DNA of 64,000 bases from Alphaproteobacteria bacterium (GCA_964291675.2 OZ219865.1:288001-352000); one strand, 5' to 3'; positions 33,961 to 45,045 are shown, numbered from the stretch's first letter. Notes: generated by a model from the sequence alone, not told the origin. Made by a program: numbers and translations.

Positions 33961-34995
33961 ATGATCAATTCCGCGCAGAAATGTATCGGTGCGCTTGCCG
34001 TGGTGCTGGTTGCGTGCGGCATCTCGCTGGGTGCCGCTGGCGCGCAGACGACCAAGGTCAAGTTCGTGCTCGACTGGACCTGGCAGGGACAGCACGGGAT
34101 CTGGACCCTGGCGCAGGATAACGGCCACTTCGCCGCCGAGGGCCTGGACGTCACCATCGACCGCGGCTTCGGTTCCGGCGACACGATCGCCAAGGTGGCT
34201 GCCAAGACTTACGACATCGGATTTGCCGAGGGCAACTTGCTGTTGAAATTCAATGCAGCGAACCCGAACGATCAACTGATAACGGTGATGATCATCTTCG
34301 ACGCCTCGCCGAACGCGGTCATCTTCCTCAAGAAGAGCGGCATAAAGGGGCCGAAGGATATGGAGGGCAAGGTGTTCTCCACGACGAAGAACGACGCGAC
34401 GAACCTGATTTTCCCGATCTTCGGCAAGGCCAACGATCTCGACCTCGGCAAGATCGGTCTCAAACACGTTGCGTCCAATCTGCGCGATACGCTGGTCCTG
34501 AAAGGCCAGGCCGACGGGACGCTGGGCTGGGCGACCACGGCGGTGATGAACATGATGGCCGCCGGCGTGAAGCGAGAGGATATCGGCTACCTGGCATTCA
34601 GGGATTACGGCGTGCGGATGTTCAGCAGCGGATTGCAGGTGCGCAAGGACTTTGCCGACCAGCATCCCGAGGTCGTGCGCGGCTTCGTCCGTGCGACCAT
34701 GAAGGGCATCAAGGACCTGGTGGCCAACCCCAAGGCGGCGATCGCGTCGGTCAAGAAGCGCGACCGCCTGCTGGACGAGCGGATCGAGCTGATCCGTTAC
34801 AATTTGATCCGCGACGTCGCCCTGGCCACGCCTCATGTCAAGGCGAACGGGATCAGCACCGTGGGTCGCGAGAGGTTCGAGCTTGCCGCGCGCCAGGTTG
34901 CCGAAGCCTTCAACCTGAGCGGAACCGTCAAGATGGAAAACACCTACACCGACCGGTTCCTGCCCGCGAAATCGGAGCGAATGCTTCCGCGCTAG
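33961..34995 (+). CDS. ABC transporter substrate-binding protein (NMT1/THI5-like)
   Basis: Signal peptide, 'LDW..QGQH', 'EGLDVTIDRGFGS'. Confidence 0.85.
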   Translation: MINSAQKCIGALAVVLVACGISLGAAGAQTTKVKFVLDWTWQGQHGIWTLAQDNGHFAAEGLDVTIDRGFGSGDTIAKVAAKTYDIGFAEGNLLLKFNAANPNDQLITVMIIFDASPNAVIFLKKSGIKGPKDMEGKVFSTTKNDATNLIFPIFGKANDLDLGKIGLKHVASNLRDTLVLKGQADGTLGWATTAVMNMMAAGVKREDIGYLAFRDYGVRMFSSGLQVRKDFADQHPEVVRGFVRATMKGIKDLVANPKAAIASVKKRDRLLDERIELIRYNLIRDVALATPHVKANGISTVGRERFELAARQVAEAFNLSGTVKMENTYTDRFLPAKSERMLPR

Positions 34996-35033
34996 TCGAG
35001 GATGCGAGCGGCCGCTGACTCCGGCCCGAGGAG

Positions 35034-36440
35034 TCAGCGGCCGCCGGCGGCGCGGGGCCAGCGCTTGAGCAATCCGCGCGCCGCCGCGATCGACCACAGC
35101 TTTTCGAGGGCGCGGCCGGCGCGGTCCATGATGTCGTCCGCGTCGCCGCGCAGGAACCTCCCGTCCCGCACCAGGATCTCCCCGTCCACCATGACGGCCG
35201 AGACATCGGCGCCCGAGCCGTTCCAGACCAGCGCGCGCAGCGGGTCCCACACCGGAAAGAGATGGGGCCGGCGCATGTCGACGACGATGAGATCGGCCTT
35301 GGCCCCGGGGGCGATGACGCCGAGGTCTTCGCGCCCCAGCGCGGCGGCGCCGCCCGCGGTGGCGGCCGAGATCAGATCGAAGGCCGAGCCGGCGTCGCCG
35401 CGACCGGAATGGGTCTTGGCGAGAAGCCCGGAGGTGCGGAACTCCGACAGCATGTCCAGGCAATAGCCGTCGGTGCCGATGCCGAGCCCGACGCCGCTCG
35501 CGCGGAAGCGATGATAGGGCGCGGTCACCCCGACCCGGGCATAGGTGAGCGGACAGGTGGCCACCGTGGTGCCGGCGTCGCGCAGGATCGCGAGATCGGC
35601 GTCGGTCGCGTAGATGCAGTGCCCGGCCACCACGTCGGGGCCGAGAAAGCCGAGATCGCGGAGGTGCTCGACCGAGGTCTTGCCGTGACGGGCGCGGATG
35701 GTATCGACCTCCAGCGGGCTCTGGGAGACGTGGATCGAAATCGGACAGCCCAGATCGGTGGCGGCGGCGCGCACTTCGCGCAGCAGGTCCGGCGCGCAGG
35801 TGTCCACGCCGTGCGGGGCGAGCCCGACCCGGAGGCGGCCGTCCGGGCCCTCGTCGTAGCGCTGGAACATCTCGATCGCCCGCGCCAGGCCCGTATCGGC
35901 TCCGGTCCCGCCATAGACGGGGCGGCCATCGGCATCGACGCCGGGGCTGGCGGACGACCATTGATAGGGGCAGCCATAGGCGCGAATGCCCATCCGGCGG
36001 GCCACGTCGAAGAAGAAATCCTGGTTGATGCGCCACATGTCGAGGATCGTCGTCGAGCCGGTCATGATCAGCTCGAGGATCGCGATCTCGACGATCGCGC
36101 GCTGCTCGTCCCGGTCCAGCACGTCGACCGCCATCTCGCCCATCGGCAGCAGGAAGCTGTAGACGTAGTTGCCGCCGAGCGTCGCTTCGCTCACGTCTTC
36201 GATGAGCCCGCGGAACACCGGCGCGCTAAAGCTGTGGTTGTGGATGTTGACGAACCCCGGCAGCACCAGGGCCTGAGCGAACCCGATCGCATCGTCGGCG
36301 TCGGCCGGGCGCTCGCCGGTGACCGCCACGATGGTGGAACCCTCCACGACGACGTACCGGTCTTCGACGATCTCGGGCCCGTCATCGGTGCCCGCCAGGA
36401 TCCAGCGCCCGGCAATAACGGTGCGCTTGTCAGGTTTCAT
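35034..36440 (-). CDS. Amidohydrolase family deaminase/chlorohydrolase (Atz/Trz-like)
   Basis: 'PGFVNIHNH', 'HVSQ', 'GHC', 'GTD', 'GAKADL'. Confidence 0.85.
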   Translation of the reverse strand: MKPDKRTVIAGRWILAGTDDGPEIVEDRYVVVEGSTIVAVTGERPADADDAIGFAQALVLPGFVNIHNHSFSAPVFRGLIEDVSEATLGGNYVYSFLLPMGEMAVDVLDRDEQRAIVEIAILELIMTGSTTILDMWRINQDFFFDVARRMGIRAYGCPYQWSSASPGVDADGRPVYGGTGADTGLARAIEMFQRYDEGPDGRLRVGLAPHGVDTCAPDLLREVRAAATDLGCPISIHVSQSPLEVDTIRARHGKTSVEHLRDLGFLGPDVVAGHCIYATDADLAILRDAGTTVATCPLTYARVGVTAPYHRFRASGVGLGIGTDGYCLDMLSEFRTSGLLAKTHSGRGDAGSAFDLISAATAGGAAALGREDLGVIAPGAKADLIVVDMRRPHLFPVWDPLRALVWNGSGADVSAVMVDGEILVRDGRFLRGDADDIMDRAGRALEKLWSIAAARGLLKRWPRAAGGR

Positions 36441-36479
36441 GCCATCCGCTCCATTGCGCTCAAGGTGAGGCGGGGCCGG

Positions 36480-37262
36480 TCAGGCCCCGGCCGCGGGGAT
36501 GTCCAGCTTCCGCGTGGCCCATCCGGTGAACCGCCGCTCCAGATGCGCGAAGACGGCATAGATCCCCACCCCCATGAGGGCGACCACGACGAGCCCGGCG
36601 AACACCAGGGCCACATCGAATCTCGAGCTGGCCGAGATCATCAGGAAACCGATGCCGGAGTTCGACGCAATCGTTTCCGAGACCACCGAGCCGACCAGGG
36701 CCAGCGTTATCGCAACCTTCAGCGATGCAAAAAAATAGGGCAGCGTTCCGGGGATGCCGATCTTCAGCAGGATGTCCGACCGTCGGGCCCCGAGCGAGCG
36801 GAGCACATCCTCCAGCTCCGGCTCGATTGTCGCCAGGCCGGTGGCGACGTTCACCAGGATGGGAAAAAACGCCAACATGAACGCGGTGATGATCGCAGGG
36901 ATTTCTCCGATCCCGAACCAGATCACGAGCACCGGAACGATGGCCACCTTCGGTATCGAATTGAACGCGATCAGCAGGGGATACAGACCGCTATAGACGA
37001 CCCGCGACGCGCCGATGGCGATCCCGAGAAGCATGCCGCCCGCCACCGCGAGGCCGAACCCGACCAGGGTGGTGAGCAGGGTCCAACCCGCATGGTACCC
37101 GATCTCGGCATGCCATTTCGCCAGACTCTCGCCGATCGCGCTCGGCGAGGGCAGGATGAACTTGGGAATGCCGAACGCGAAAGAGGCGAGCTCCCACAAT
37201 CCCAACGACACGATCGTCACCACCCAGGGCATGGCCTTTTCCAACCGGCGGCGGTCGGTCAT
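36480..37262 (-). CDS. ABC transporter permease (SsuC/TauC-like)
   Basis: 'FILPSPS', 'SIPKVAIVP', EAA-like loop 'LRSLGA'. Confidence 0.88.
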   Translation of the reverse strand: MTDRRRLEKAMPWVVTIVSLGLWELASFAFGIPKFILPSPSAIGESLAKWHAEIGYHAGWTLLTTLVGFGLAVAGGMLLGIAIGASRVVYSGLYPLLIAFNSIPKVAIVPVLVIWFGIGEIPAIITAFMLAFFPILVNVATGLATIEPELEDVLRSLGARRSDILLKIGIPGTLPYFFASLKVAITLALVGSVVSETIASNSGIGFLMISASSRFDVALVFAGLVVVALMGVGIYAVFAHLERRFTGWATRKLDIPAAGA

Positions 37263-37408
37263 GATGCACGCTCGGGGCTGCCATGATTTCGCACGCCCGA
37301 ACGGTAGCGCCGGCCGGGGACGCGAACAAGCTCGCGGAATTTGCCGGCCGCCGGCACGCCGGCAGGCGTTCCCGGCGGCGCACCGGCCGCCCGCATCCGA
37401 GGAGAGGC

Positions 37409-38848
37409 ATGACGCCAGGGGACCCGGTCCTGGAGCGGTCGGACGGCGAGGCGGTGGCCGACGGCGTGACCTCTCTCTGCCGATGGGCGGCCGGGGTCGA
37501 TTTCGCCGCCCTGCCGGACGCGGTATGGCGCCGCGCCGCGCTGGTTGCAACGGACGATCTCGCCGCGGTCGTCGCGGCCCGCGACGAGCCCGAGCTGCGC
37601 CCGCTCCACGACCAGCTCCTGCGCCGCGCCGCGCCGCCCGAGGCGACGGTGTTCCGCGGCGGCCGGCCGCGCGCCGACCGCTACTCGGCCGCCGTCGCCA
37701 ACGGCGCGGCGGCCGGCTGGTGCGAGCTCGACGAGGGCTATCGCGAGGTGCCCTGCCATGGCGGGCTGTGCGTCCTGCCCGCGCTGTGGGCCGAGGCGGA
37801 AGCCGAGGGACGCACGGTGCGCGAGATGCTGCGGGCGCTGGCGATCGGCTACGAGGTGGTCACCCGCTTCGCCCGGGGGTTCCGGTTTCCCGACCAGCGG
37901 CTGCATCCCCACGCGGCGCTGCCGGCCATCGGGGCCGCGGCCGGCGTTGCCGCGATTCGCCGGCTGCCGGCCGAGACCTTTCTCGATGCGATCGCCGGCG
38001 CGTCCACCATGGTGGCGCCGGGTCCGTTCGACCACGCGGTGAAAGGGGCGCTGGTGCGAAACGTGTGGGCCGGCGTGGGCGCCTGGACCGGCCTCCGTGC
38101 GGTCGACTGGGCGGGCTTCGGCATCGGCGGCGCGGCTTGCTCGCCGCACGACGTGTTCGTGGGCGGCCTGGGCGCGCAGGCCCGGCCCGGCGAGCTTGCC
38201 GGGGCTCTCGGCCGGTCCTGGGGCATCGCCGACGGTTTCCACAAGATCTACGCCTGCTGCCAGTACGCGCACGCCGCCGTGGAGTCCCTGGAGGCGCTGC
38301 TGGCGCGGAGGCCGGACATCGAGGCCGCGAGCGACATCGAGCGCATTGTCGTGGAGACCCATCGGCGCGCGCTGGCCCTGGAGAACAGGCGGCCGGCGAC
38401 CGGCCTTGCCGCGAAGTTCTCGCTGCCGCATATCGTGGCCAGCGTCAGCCATCTCCGCCATGCCGGCGCCGCGGCGTTCTCCGCCGCCACGCTGGACGAT
38501 CCGGCGATCGCCGCGCTGCGCGAGCGTGTCGCGCTCGCGCCCTACGAGCCGGAGCGCCCGTGGCCCGAGGACCGGCCGGCCCGGGTCACCTGGCATCTGC
38601 GCACCGGCGAGCGTCTCCAGGCGGAGTGCCGGAGCGCGCGAGGCGGTCCGGACCGCCCGTTCGCGCCGTCGCAGATCCTCGACAAGCTGCGCGGCATCGC
38701 CGCCCCGGTCTACCCGCGCATGGCCGAAATCTGCCGGACCCTGGTCGACCTCGACGGCGCTCTGCTGGAGACGCCGTGGACCGAAGCGGTCGCCCTGATG
38801 ACCGGCGGCGCGCCGCCCGGTCCGCCGCCGGGACCGGGACCCGGCTGA
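37409..38848 (+). CDS. MmgE/PrpD family protein
   Basis: 'AANG..ELDEG...CH', 'GYEV', 'KIYACCQYAH', 'AKFSLP'. Confidence 0.85.
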   Translation: MTPGDPVLERSDGEAVADGVTSLCRWAAGVDFAALPDAVWRRAALVATDDLAAVVAARDEPELRPLHDQLLRRAAPPEATVFRGGRPRADRYSAAVANGAAAGWCELDEGYREVPCHGGLCVLPALWAEAEAEGRTVREMLRALAIGYEVVTRFARGFRFPDQRLHPHAALPAIGAAAGVAAIRRLPAETFLDAIAGASTMVAPGPFDHAVKGALVRNVWAGVGAWTGLRAVDWAGFGIGGAACSPHDVFVGGLGAQARPGELAGALGRSWGIADGFHKIYACCQYAHAAVESLEALLARRPDIEAASDIERIVVETHRRALALENRRPATGLAAKFSLPHIVASVSHLRHAGAAAFSAATLDDPAIAALRERVALAPYEPERPWPEDRPARVTWHLRTGERLQAECRSARGGPDRPFAPSQILDKLRGIAAPVYPRMAEICRTLVDLDGALLETPWTEAVALMTGGAPPGPPPGPGPG

Positions 38849-38899
38849 ACGTCCGGATCCCGGCCCCTCGGGCGAGCGCGAGCGTGCCGGGCGGTCGGG

Positions 38900-39928
38900 C
38901 TACTTCTCGTTCCGCTTTATCGAGGCCTTCAGGAGCGCGTACATCTCGCGCACCTGCGCGTTGTCGTGCTTGCCCAGGAAGTCGTCGCCGAGGGTGCGGA
39001 CCCGGTTCATGAAATCGGCCTGGTCGGCCGCCGACAGGCGTATCACCTCGGCGCCGTTGTCCTTCCAGAGCTTCTCGGCCCGCGCGCCGAATTCGAGGCC
39101 GATCTTCGTGCACTCCTCCGCCATTTCGCCCGTCGTGTCCAGCACGAGCTTGAGCAGGTCCGGCGAGAGCTTCTTCAGCCATGCCTCGCTGGCGAAGATG
39201 GCGCTCGGGATCTGGCCGCTCTCGACGACCGTGATGTACTTGGTCACGGTAAAGAACTTCGACCCGCCCATGACGATGATGCTCGACCGCACGCCGTCGA
39301 TGGTCTTGCGCGACAGGCCGGGCAGCACCTCGATATAGGACATGGGAACGCCGGTCGCGCCCAGCTTGCCGACCAGCGCGGTCTCCATCTTGGACGCTAG
39401 GACCCGGATCTTCTTGCCCCTGAAGTCGTCCATCGTGCGGATCGGGCGCAGGCTGGCGAACGACGTGGGCCCGTAGACGTAGAGCGAGAGCACCCGGATG
39501 CCGGTGCCGAGGGCGAGCTTGGAGTAGGGCTCCCTGAACGCCGGATCGTTGAGCGCCCGGTGGGCATGCCAGACGTCCTTGAACACGCCCGGCGCGTCCG
39601 GCACCTGGAATGCCGCGTTGTGTCCGACCAGGAACCCGGGCGGGGCGATCAGCAGCTCCTGCGTCCCGAGCTGGATGCCCTCGATCATCCGGGCGATCTT
39701 GCCGAGCTGGCCGGCGGGGAAGATGCGCGCGGCGAGCTTGCCGCCGGAACGCTCGTTCAACCGCTCGGCCAGAATCTCGCCGATACGATGCTGCGGATCC
39801 TGGACGGTCGCGAATCCGATCTTGACCGCCATCCCCTCGCCCAGCGCCCCGCCGGACAGGCCGAGAAGCGCGACGGCCGCGCCGAATGCCGAAATCGCGC
39901 TGGTGCCGCGCCGTGCTTTACCGATCAT
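38900..39928 (-). CDS. TRAP transporter substrate-binding protein DctP family
   Basis: 'IFPAGQLG', 'QLGT', 'DFRGKKIRV', 'LGATGVPM'. Confidence 0.88.
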   Translation of the reverse strand: MIGKARRGTSAISAFGAAVALLGLSGGALGEGMAVKIGFATVQDPQHRIGEILAERLNERSGGKLAARIFPAGQLGKIARMIEGIQLGTQELLIAPPGFLVGHNAAFQVPDAPGVFKDVWHAHRALNDPAFREPYSKLALGTGIRVLSLYVYGPTSFASLRPIRTMDDFRGKKIRVLASKMETALVGKLGATGVPMSYIEVLPGLSRKTIDGVRSSIIVMGGSKFFTVTKYITVVESGQIPSAIFASEAWLKKLSPDLLKLVLDTTGEMAEECTKIGLEFGARAEKLWKDNGAEVIRLSAADQADFMNRVRTLGDDFLGKHDNAQVREMYALLKASIKRNEK

Positions 39929-40147
39929 GTTCCTGCTTCTCCCTCGGGTTGGTGCATGGATTGTCGCGTTGCCCCGGGCTTGCCGCACGACCGCCCCGAG
40001 GTAACGAGACAGTAGCCGAGCCCCGCGGCGCCGGCAAACGCGCCGCCCGGCTGGCCGGTGCAAGGGGGGCGGGGTATGGTCGGCGACGGTGGGCGCGCAG
40101 CGCCGGTCCCCCGGCGGGCATGCGGCGCCGACGTCACGGAGACGCGG

Positions 40148-40816
40148 ATGAAGTCCTCGCACGCCCATCCCCCGGAGTCGCTCGACCGGCCGCTGGAGCA
40201 CGACCCGTCGGACTGGCCGGCGCAGGAGAACTACCGCCTGCTGACGGCGCTCGTCATACCGCGGCCGATCGCCTGGATCTCCAGCCTGTCCGCGGACGGC
40301 GTGCGCAACATCGCGCCGCACTCCTTCTTCAACGCGGTGTCGACCGACCCGCCGCATGTCATGGTCAGCTCCACCGGGGTCAAGGACTCGGTGCGCAACA
40401 TTCGCGCGACCGGGGAGTTCGTGCTCAATATCGTGACCATGGACGTCATCGAGGACATGGTCTTCACCTCGACCGACTTTCCGCCCGAGGAGGACGAGTT
40501 CGACTGGAGCGGGCTGACCGCAATGCCCGCGGCGAAGGTGGCGCCGCCGCGGATCGGGCAGGCCAGGGCGCATCTGGAATGCGTGTCGGTCGACGAGATG
40601 ACGCTCGGCGACGCGACGCTGATCTTCGGCCGGGTGGTCCACATGCATATCGATCCCCGGGTGTGGCGCAACGGGCGGGTGGACCCGGCGCTGCTCGACC
40701 CGGTGTGCCGCCTGTCCGGCAGCCTCTACGCCGCGCTCGGCGAACGGTCCAGCCTGGCGATCCCCAGATGGGAGGACGTGGCCGGCTCGGGGCATCGCTG
40801 CCCGCGCCCCGGCTGA
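40148..40816 (+). CDS. Flavin reductase family protein
   Basis: 'PRPIAWIS', 'NIAPHSFFN', 'KDSVRNI..TGEFV.N', 'LEC'. Confidence 0.88.
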   Translation: MKSSHAHPPESLDRPLEHDPSDWPAQENYRLLTALVIPRPIAWISSLSADGVRNIAPHSFFNAVSTDPPHVMVSSTGVKDSVRNIRATGEFVLNIVTMDVIEDMVFTSTDFPPEEDEFDWSGLTAMPAAKVAPPRIGQARAHLECVSVDEMTLGDATLIFGRVVHMHIDPRVWRNGRVDPALLDPVCRLSGSLYAALGERSSLAIPRWEDVAGSGHRCPRPG

Positions 40817-40910
40817 CCCGCGTCCGGGCGGCCCGTCCCGCGGCTGCGATTCTCCTGTGGGAAACCCGCCTTTGACGGTGCCGTCGGCCGGCCGATTCGC
40901 TATGATGGGG

Positions 40911-40925
40911 GAACAAACCGGGAAT
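40911..40925 (+). promoter_or_regulatory. Probable alphaproteobacterial LexA (SOS) box upstream of ssb
   Basis: GAAC-AAACCGG-GAAT (1 mismatch to GAAC-N7-GAAC), just after a TATGAT -10-like hexamer. Confidence 0.55.
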
Positions 40926-40936
40926 AGGAGGATTCG

Positions 40937-41398
40937 GTGGCCGGAAGCGTCAACAAGGTCATTCTCGTCGGCAATCTCGGAGCCGATCCGGAGGTCCGTC
41001 ACACCAATGACGGCAACCCGATCGTCAACCTGCGTGTCGCCACCTCCGAGCGGTGGCGCGACCGCACCAGCGGCGAACGGCGCGAGCGCACCGAATGGCA
41101 TCGCGTCGTCATCTTCAACGACCGCCTCGGCGAGGTGGCGCAGAAATACCTGCACAAGGGCTCGAAGGTCTATCTGGAAGGCCAGCTCCAGACCCGCAAA
41201 TGGACCGGCCAGGACGGCCAGGAGCGCTACACCACCGAGGTCGTGCTGCAACGCTTCCGCGGCGAGCTCACCATGCTCGACAGCCGCGGCGAGGGCGGCG
41301 GCGGGTACGATGCGCCGGGCGGCGCGCCGGGCGGCGAAATCGACCGCGGCGGCCCGGCCCGGGGCGGCGCCGACCTGGACGACGAGATCCCGTTCTAG
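40937..41398 (+). CDS. ssb: Single-stranded DNA-binding protein
   Basis: '[15 protein letters not shown]', 'TEWHRV', C-terminal 'DDEIPF'. Confidence 0.97.
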   Translation: MAGSVNKVILVGNLGADPEVRHTNDGNPIVNLRVATSERWRDRTSGERRERTEWHRVVIFNDRLGEVAQKYLHKGSKVYLEGQLQTRKWTGQDGQERYTTEVVLQRFRGELTMLDSRGEGGGGYDAPGGAPGGEIDRGGPARGGADLDDEIPF

Positions 41399-41431
41399 CG
41401 TCCCGCCCCCCCGTCATGGCCGGACTCGCTC

Positions 41432-42041
41432 CACTGCTGTCCGGTTTATGTAGCTGGACCGGGCGCAAAGCCTTGTTCCGGGCGGGATATCGGCGCGTCC
41501 GCCGGATCGGGACACGGATCGCCGCACGCCCGCACTTGCCGTCCGTGCCCCTCTGTTGTCACCCCGGCCTCGTTCCGGGCACCCACGGGCGGGGCGGGCC
41601 GCCCCCGGCTCCCGTGCTCCTCCACCGCCACCCCCACCCCGTCATGGCCGGACTTGATCCGGCCACCCATGCGCGGACTTGATCCGCGCAACCACTGGCA
41701 CCACCGATACAACGCCCCGTCGGGAGAGGCGGCGGCGACAGTGGATGCCCGGATCAAGTCCGGGCATGACGATGGGGGGAGGCATGGTGATGGGGCGGGA
41801 AACGCCGGGCGCGACGCGGGTCGAAGGCTAAACCGGACAGCAGTGGACTCGATCCGGGCATCCATGGGCGCCGCCGCCCCTCTCGTCGGACCGTCGTGCG
41901 GGCGGAGAGGCCGCGTGGATGGCCGGATCACCCCCGGACTTGATCCGGGGGCCGGCCATGACGTAGGGGTAACAGCGGGAGCGGAGATGCAGATGCTCAC
42001 GGGCGCGGAGCCCGCGTCGAAGGCTAAACCGGACAGCAGTG
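41432..42041 (+). mobile_element. REP-carrying MITE (41432-41845) plus REP flank and orphan right TIR (ends 42041)
   Basis: TIRs CACTGCTGTCCGGTTTA / TAAACCGGACAGCAGTG; flanks GACTCGCTC/GACTCGATC within a split REP. Confidence 0.8.
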
Positions 42042-42336
42042 GAACAAGTCCGGGCATGACGGGAGAGGGGGCATGGCATCGCGTGGTGAGGAACCCGGGA
42101 AACACCGAAATGGATGGAAATAACTTCGTTTGATATCAGATAATTAAGAAACAATATTCATATAGAAAATCAAAAATCCAACCGTACTCTCCGCGGCCCC
42201 CGAACGCCCCGCCGAGATTGAGCGCGCGGGGCGATTCTGCTACACTCCGCGAACGGGTTTTGCGGCGTCTCCGAACCGGTCGGGGGGCCGCGTCTGAACC
42301 GGTCCCGAACGTCCCGAACCGGACAAGCGAAGCGCC

Positions 42337-45045
42337 TTGACCGACACGCTGGCCCCGCCGCCGCCGCCCGAATTCGACATCGTGCCGGTGAGCCTCGAGG
42401 AGGAGATGGAACGCTCCTACCTCGACTACGCGATGAGCGTGATCGTCTCGCGCGCGCTGCCCGATGCGCGCGACGGGCTCAAGCCGGTGCACCGGCGCAT
42501 CCTCTACGCCATGCACGAGGAGGGCTATGCGTGGAACCGGCCCTACCGCAAGTCGGCGCGCATCGTCGGCGACGTGATGGGCAAGTACCACCCGCATGGC
42601 GACCAGGCGATCTACGACGCCATGGTGCGCATGGCGCAGGACTTCTCGATGCGCCTGCCGCTGATCGACGGGCAGGGCAATTTCGGCTCGATGGACGGCG
42701 ACCCGCCGGCGGCGATGCGCTACACCGAGGTGCGGCTGACCCGCGCGGCGCACGAGATGCTCGACGACATCGAGCGCGACACCGTGGCCTTCCGCGCCAA
42801 CTACGACGACAGCGCGCACGAGCCGGAAGTCCTGCCGGCGCGCATCCCCAATTTGCTGGTCAACGGCGCCGGCGGCATCGCCGTCGGCATGGCGACCAAC
42901 GTGCCGCCGCACAATCTGGGCGAAATCGTCGATGCCTGCCTCGCCATGCTCGACGAGCCCGGCATCTCCATCGACCGGCTGATCGAGATCGTGCCCGGGC
43001 CCGACTTCCCGACCGGCGGGTTCGTGCTCGGCCGCCATGGCATCAGGGAGGCCTATCGTTCCGGGCGCGGCTCGGTCGTCATGCGCGGGCGCACCCATGT
43101 CGAGGAGATCCGCAAGAACCGCGAGGCGATCGTCGTCACCGAGATCCCCTACCAGGTGAACAAGGCGCGGATGATCGAGAAGATCGCCGAGCTGGTGCGC
43201 GAGAAGCGGATCGAGGGCATATCGGACCTGCGCGACGAGTCCGACCGCACCGGGGTCCGCGTGGTGATCGAGCTGCGCCGCGACGCGATGGCCGACATCG
43301 TGCTCAACCAGCTGTTTCGCTACTCGCCGCTGCAGACCAGCTTCGGCGTCAACACGCTGGCGCTCGACCGCGGCAGGCCCGAGACGATGGATTTGCGGGC
43401 GCTGCTGCGCGCCTTCCTCGACTTTCGCGAGGAGGTGGTGCGCCGGCGCACCGCCTACGAGCTCGGCAAGGCGCGCGAACGCGCCCACGTGCTCGCCGGG
43501 CTCGCCGTCGCGGTGGCCAATATCGACGACATGATCGCGCTGATCCGCGCCGCCCCCGACCCGGTCGCCGCGCGCAGCCGGCTGATGGAGCGGCAATGGC
43601 CGGCGGACGACGTGGCGCCGATCATCGCGCTGCTCGACGAGCCGGGGCGCGCGGTGGTCGAGGGGCGCTACGCCCTGTCGGAAGCCCAGGCGCGGGCCAT
43701 CCTCGAGCTCCGCCTGCAACGCCTGACCGCGCTGGAGCGCGACAAGATCGGCGAGGAGCTGGAGGCGCTGTCCGAAAAGATCGTCGAGTATCTGGCGATT
43801 CTCGATTCGCGCGAGCGGGTGATCGAGGTGCTGCGCGGCGAACTGCGGGCGGTCAAGGAGGCGTTCGCGACGCCGCGGCGCACCGAGATCCTCGATTCGG
43901 AGGCCGACCAGGACATCGAGGATCTGATCCAGCGCGAGGCGATGGTCGTCACCGTGACCCATGCCGGCTACATCAAGCGGGTCGCGCTCTCCACCTACCG
44001 GGCGCAGAAGCGGGGCGGCAAGGGGCGCGCCGGCATGACGACCAAGGACGGGGATTTCTTGCAAAAACTGTTCGTCTGCGACACCCATACGCCGGTGCTG
44101 TTCTTCTCCTCGCGCGGCATGGCCTACCGGCTAAAGGTCTACCGCCTGCCGGAGACGCCGCCGCGGTCGCGCGGCAAGGCGCTGGTCAACCTGCTGCCGC
44201 TGGAGAAGGACGAGACCATCACCACGGTCATGCCGATGCCGGAAGACGAGGCCGAGTGGCAAGACCTCGACATCATGTTCGCCACCGCGAGCGGCCGGGT
44301 CCGGCGCAACCGGCTGAGCGACTTCGCCAGCGTCAAGGCGAACGGCAAGATCGCGATGAAGCTGGACAACGGCGACCGGCTGGTCGGCGTCGAGACCTGC
44401 GCGGCGGGCGACAACGTGCTGCTGGCCGCGCGGAGCGGCAAGTGCATCCGCTTCCCGGTCGACGACGTGCGGGTGTTCTCGGGCCGCACCTCGACCGGGG
44501 TGCGCGGCATGAGGCTCGCGAAGACGGACCGCATCGTCTCGATGACGATCTTGCGCCACCGCGCCATCGACACCGCCTCGCGCGACGCCTATCTGCGCTA
44601 CGCCAACGCCAGGCGGCGCACCGACGGCAACGGGGAGGGTGCGGAGAACGGGCTCGCGCCGGAGACCATCGCCCGCATGGCGGCGGAGGAGGAGTTCATC
44701 CTCTCGATCACCGAGAACGGCTACGGCAAGCGGACCTCCGCCTACGAGTACCGCACCGCCGGCCGCGGCGGGCAGGGGATCGTCAATATCGAGACCTCGA
44801 AGCGCAACGGCCCGGTGGTGGCGACCTTCCCGGTCGCGGAGTCCGACGAGATCATGCTGGTGAGCGACGGCGGCACGCTGATCCGCTCGCCGGTCGCCGA
44901 TATCCGCATCGCCGGGCGCAACACCCAGGGGGTGACGCTGTTCGACACCGCCGAGGGCGAGCGCGTGGTCTCGGCCGCACGCTTCGCCGCCGGGTTCGAC
45001 GAGATCGGCAACGGCAACGGCAACGGAAACGGGGGGCCGGCATGA
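42337..45045 (+). CDS. gyrA: DNA gyrase subunit A
   Basis: 'DGLKPVHRR', 'GKYHPHGD', 'AAMRYTE', GyrA-box 'QKRGGKG'. Confidence 0.97.
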   Translation: MTDTLAPPPPPEFDIVPVSLEEEMERSYLDYAMSVIVSRALPDARDGLKPVHRRILYAMHEEGYAWNRPYRKSARIVGDVMGKYHPHGDQAIYDAMVRMAQDFSMRLPLIDGQGNFGSMDGDPPAAMRYTEVRLTRAAHEMLDDIERDTVAFRANYDDSAHEPEVLPARIPNLLVNGAGGIAVGMATNVPPHNLGEIVDACLAMLDEPGISIDRLIEIVPGPDFPTGGFVLGRHGIREAYRSGRGSVVMRGRTHVEEIRKNREAIVVTEIPYQVNKARMIEKIAELVREKRIEGISDLRDESDRTGVRVVIELRRDAMADIVLNQLFRYSPLQTSFGVNTLALDRGRPETMDLRALLRAFLDFREEVVRRRTAYELGKARERAHVLAGLAVAVANIDDMIALIRAAPDPVAARSRLMERQWPADDVAPIIALLDEPGRAVVEGRYALSEAQARAILELRLQRLTALERDKIGEELEALSEKIVEYLAILDSRERVIEVLRGELRAVKEAFATPRRTEILDSEADQDIEDLIQREAMVVTVTHAGYIKRVALSTYRAQKRGGKGRAGMTTKDGDFLQKLFVCDTHTPVLFFSSRGMAYRLKVYRLPETPPRSRGKALVNLLPLEKDETITTVMPMPEDEAEWQDLDIMFATASGRVRRNRLSDFASVKANGKIAMKLDNGDRLVGVETCAAGDNVLLAARSGKCIRFPVDDVRVFSGRTSTGVRGMRLAKTDRIVSMTILRHRAIDTASRDAYLRYANARRRTDGNGEGAENGLAPETIARMAAEEEFILSITENGYGKRTSAYEYRTAGRGGQGIVNIETSKRNGPVVATFPVAESDEIMLVSDGGTLIRSPVADIRIAGRNTQGVTLFDTAEGERVVSAARFAAGFDEIGNGNGNGNGGPA

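Noticed and set aside
42337-45045. parC instead of gyrA
   Set aside because: GyrA-box and ssb-gyrA-coaD synteny support gyrA
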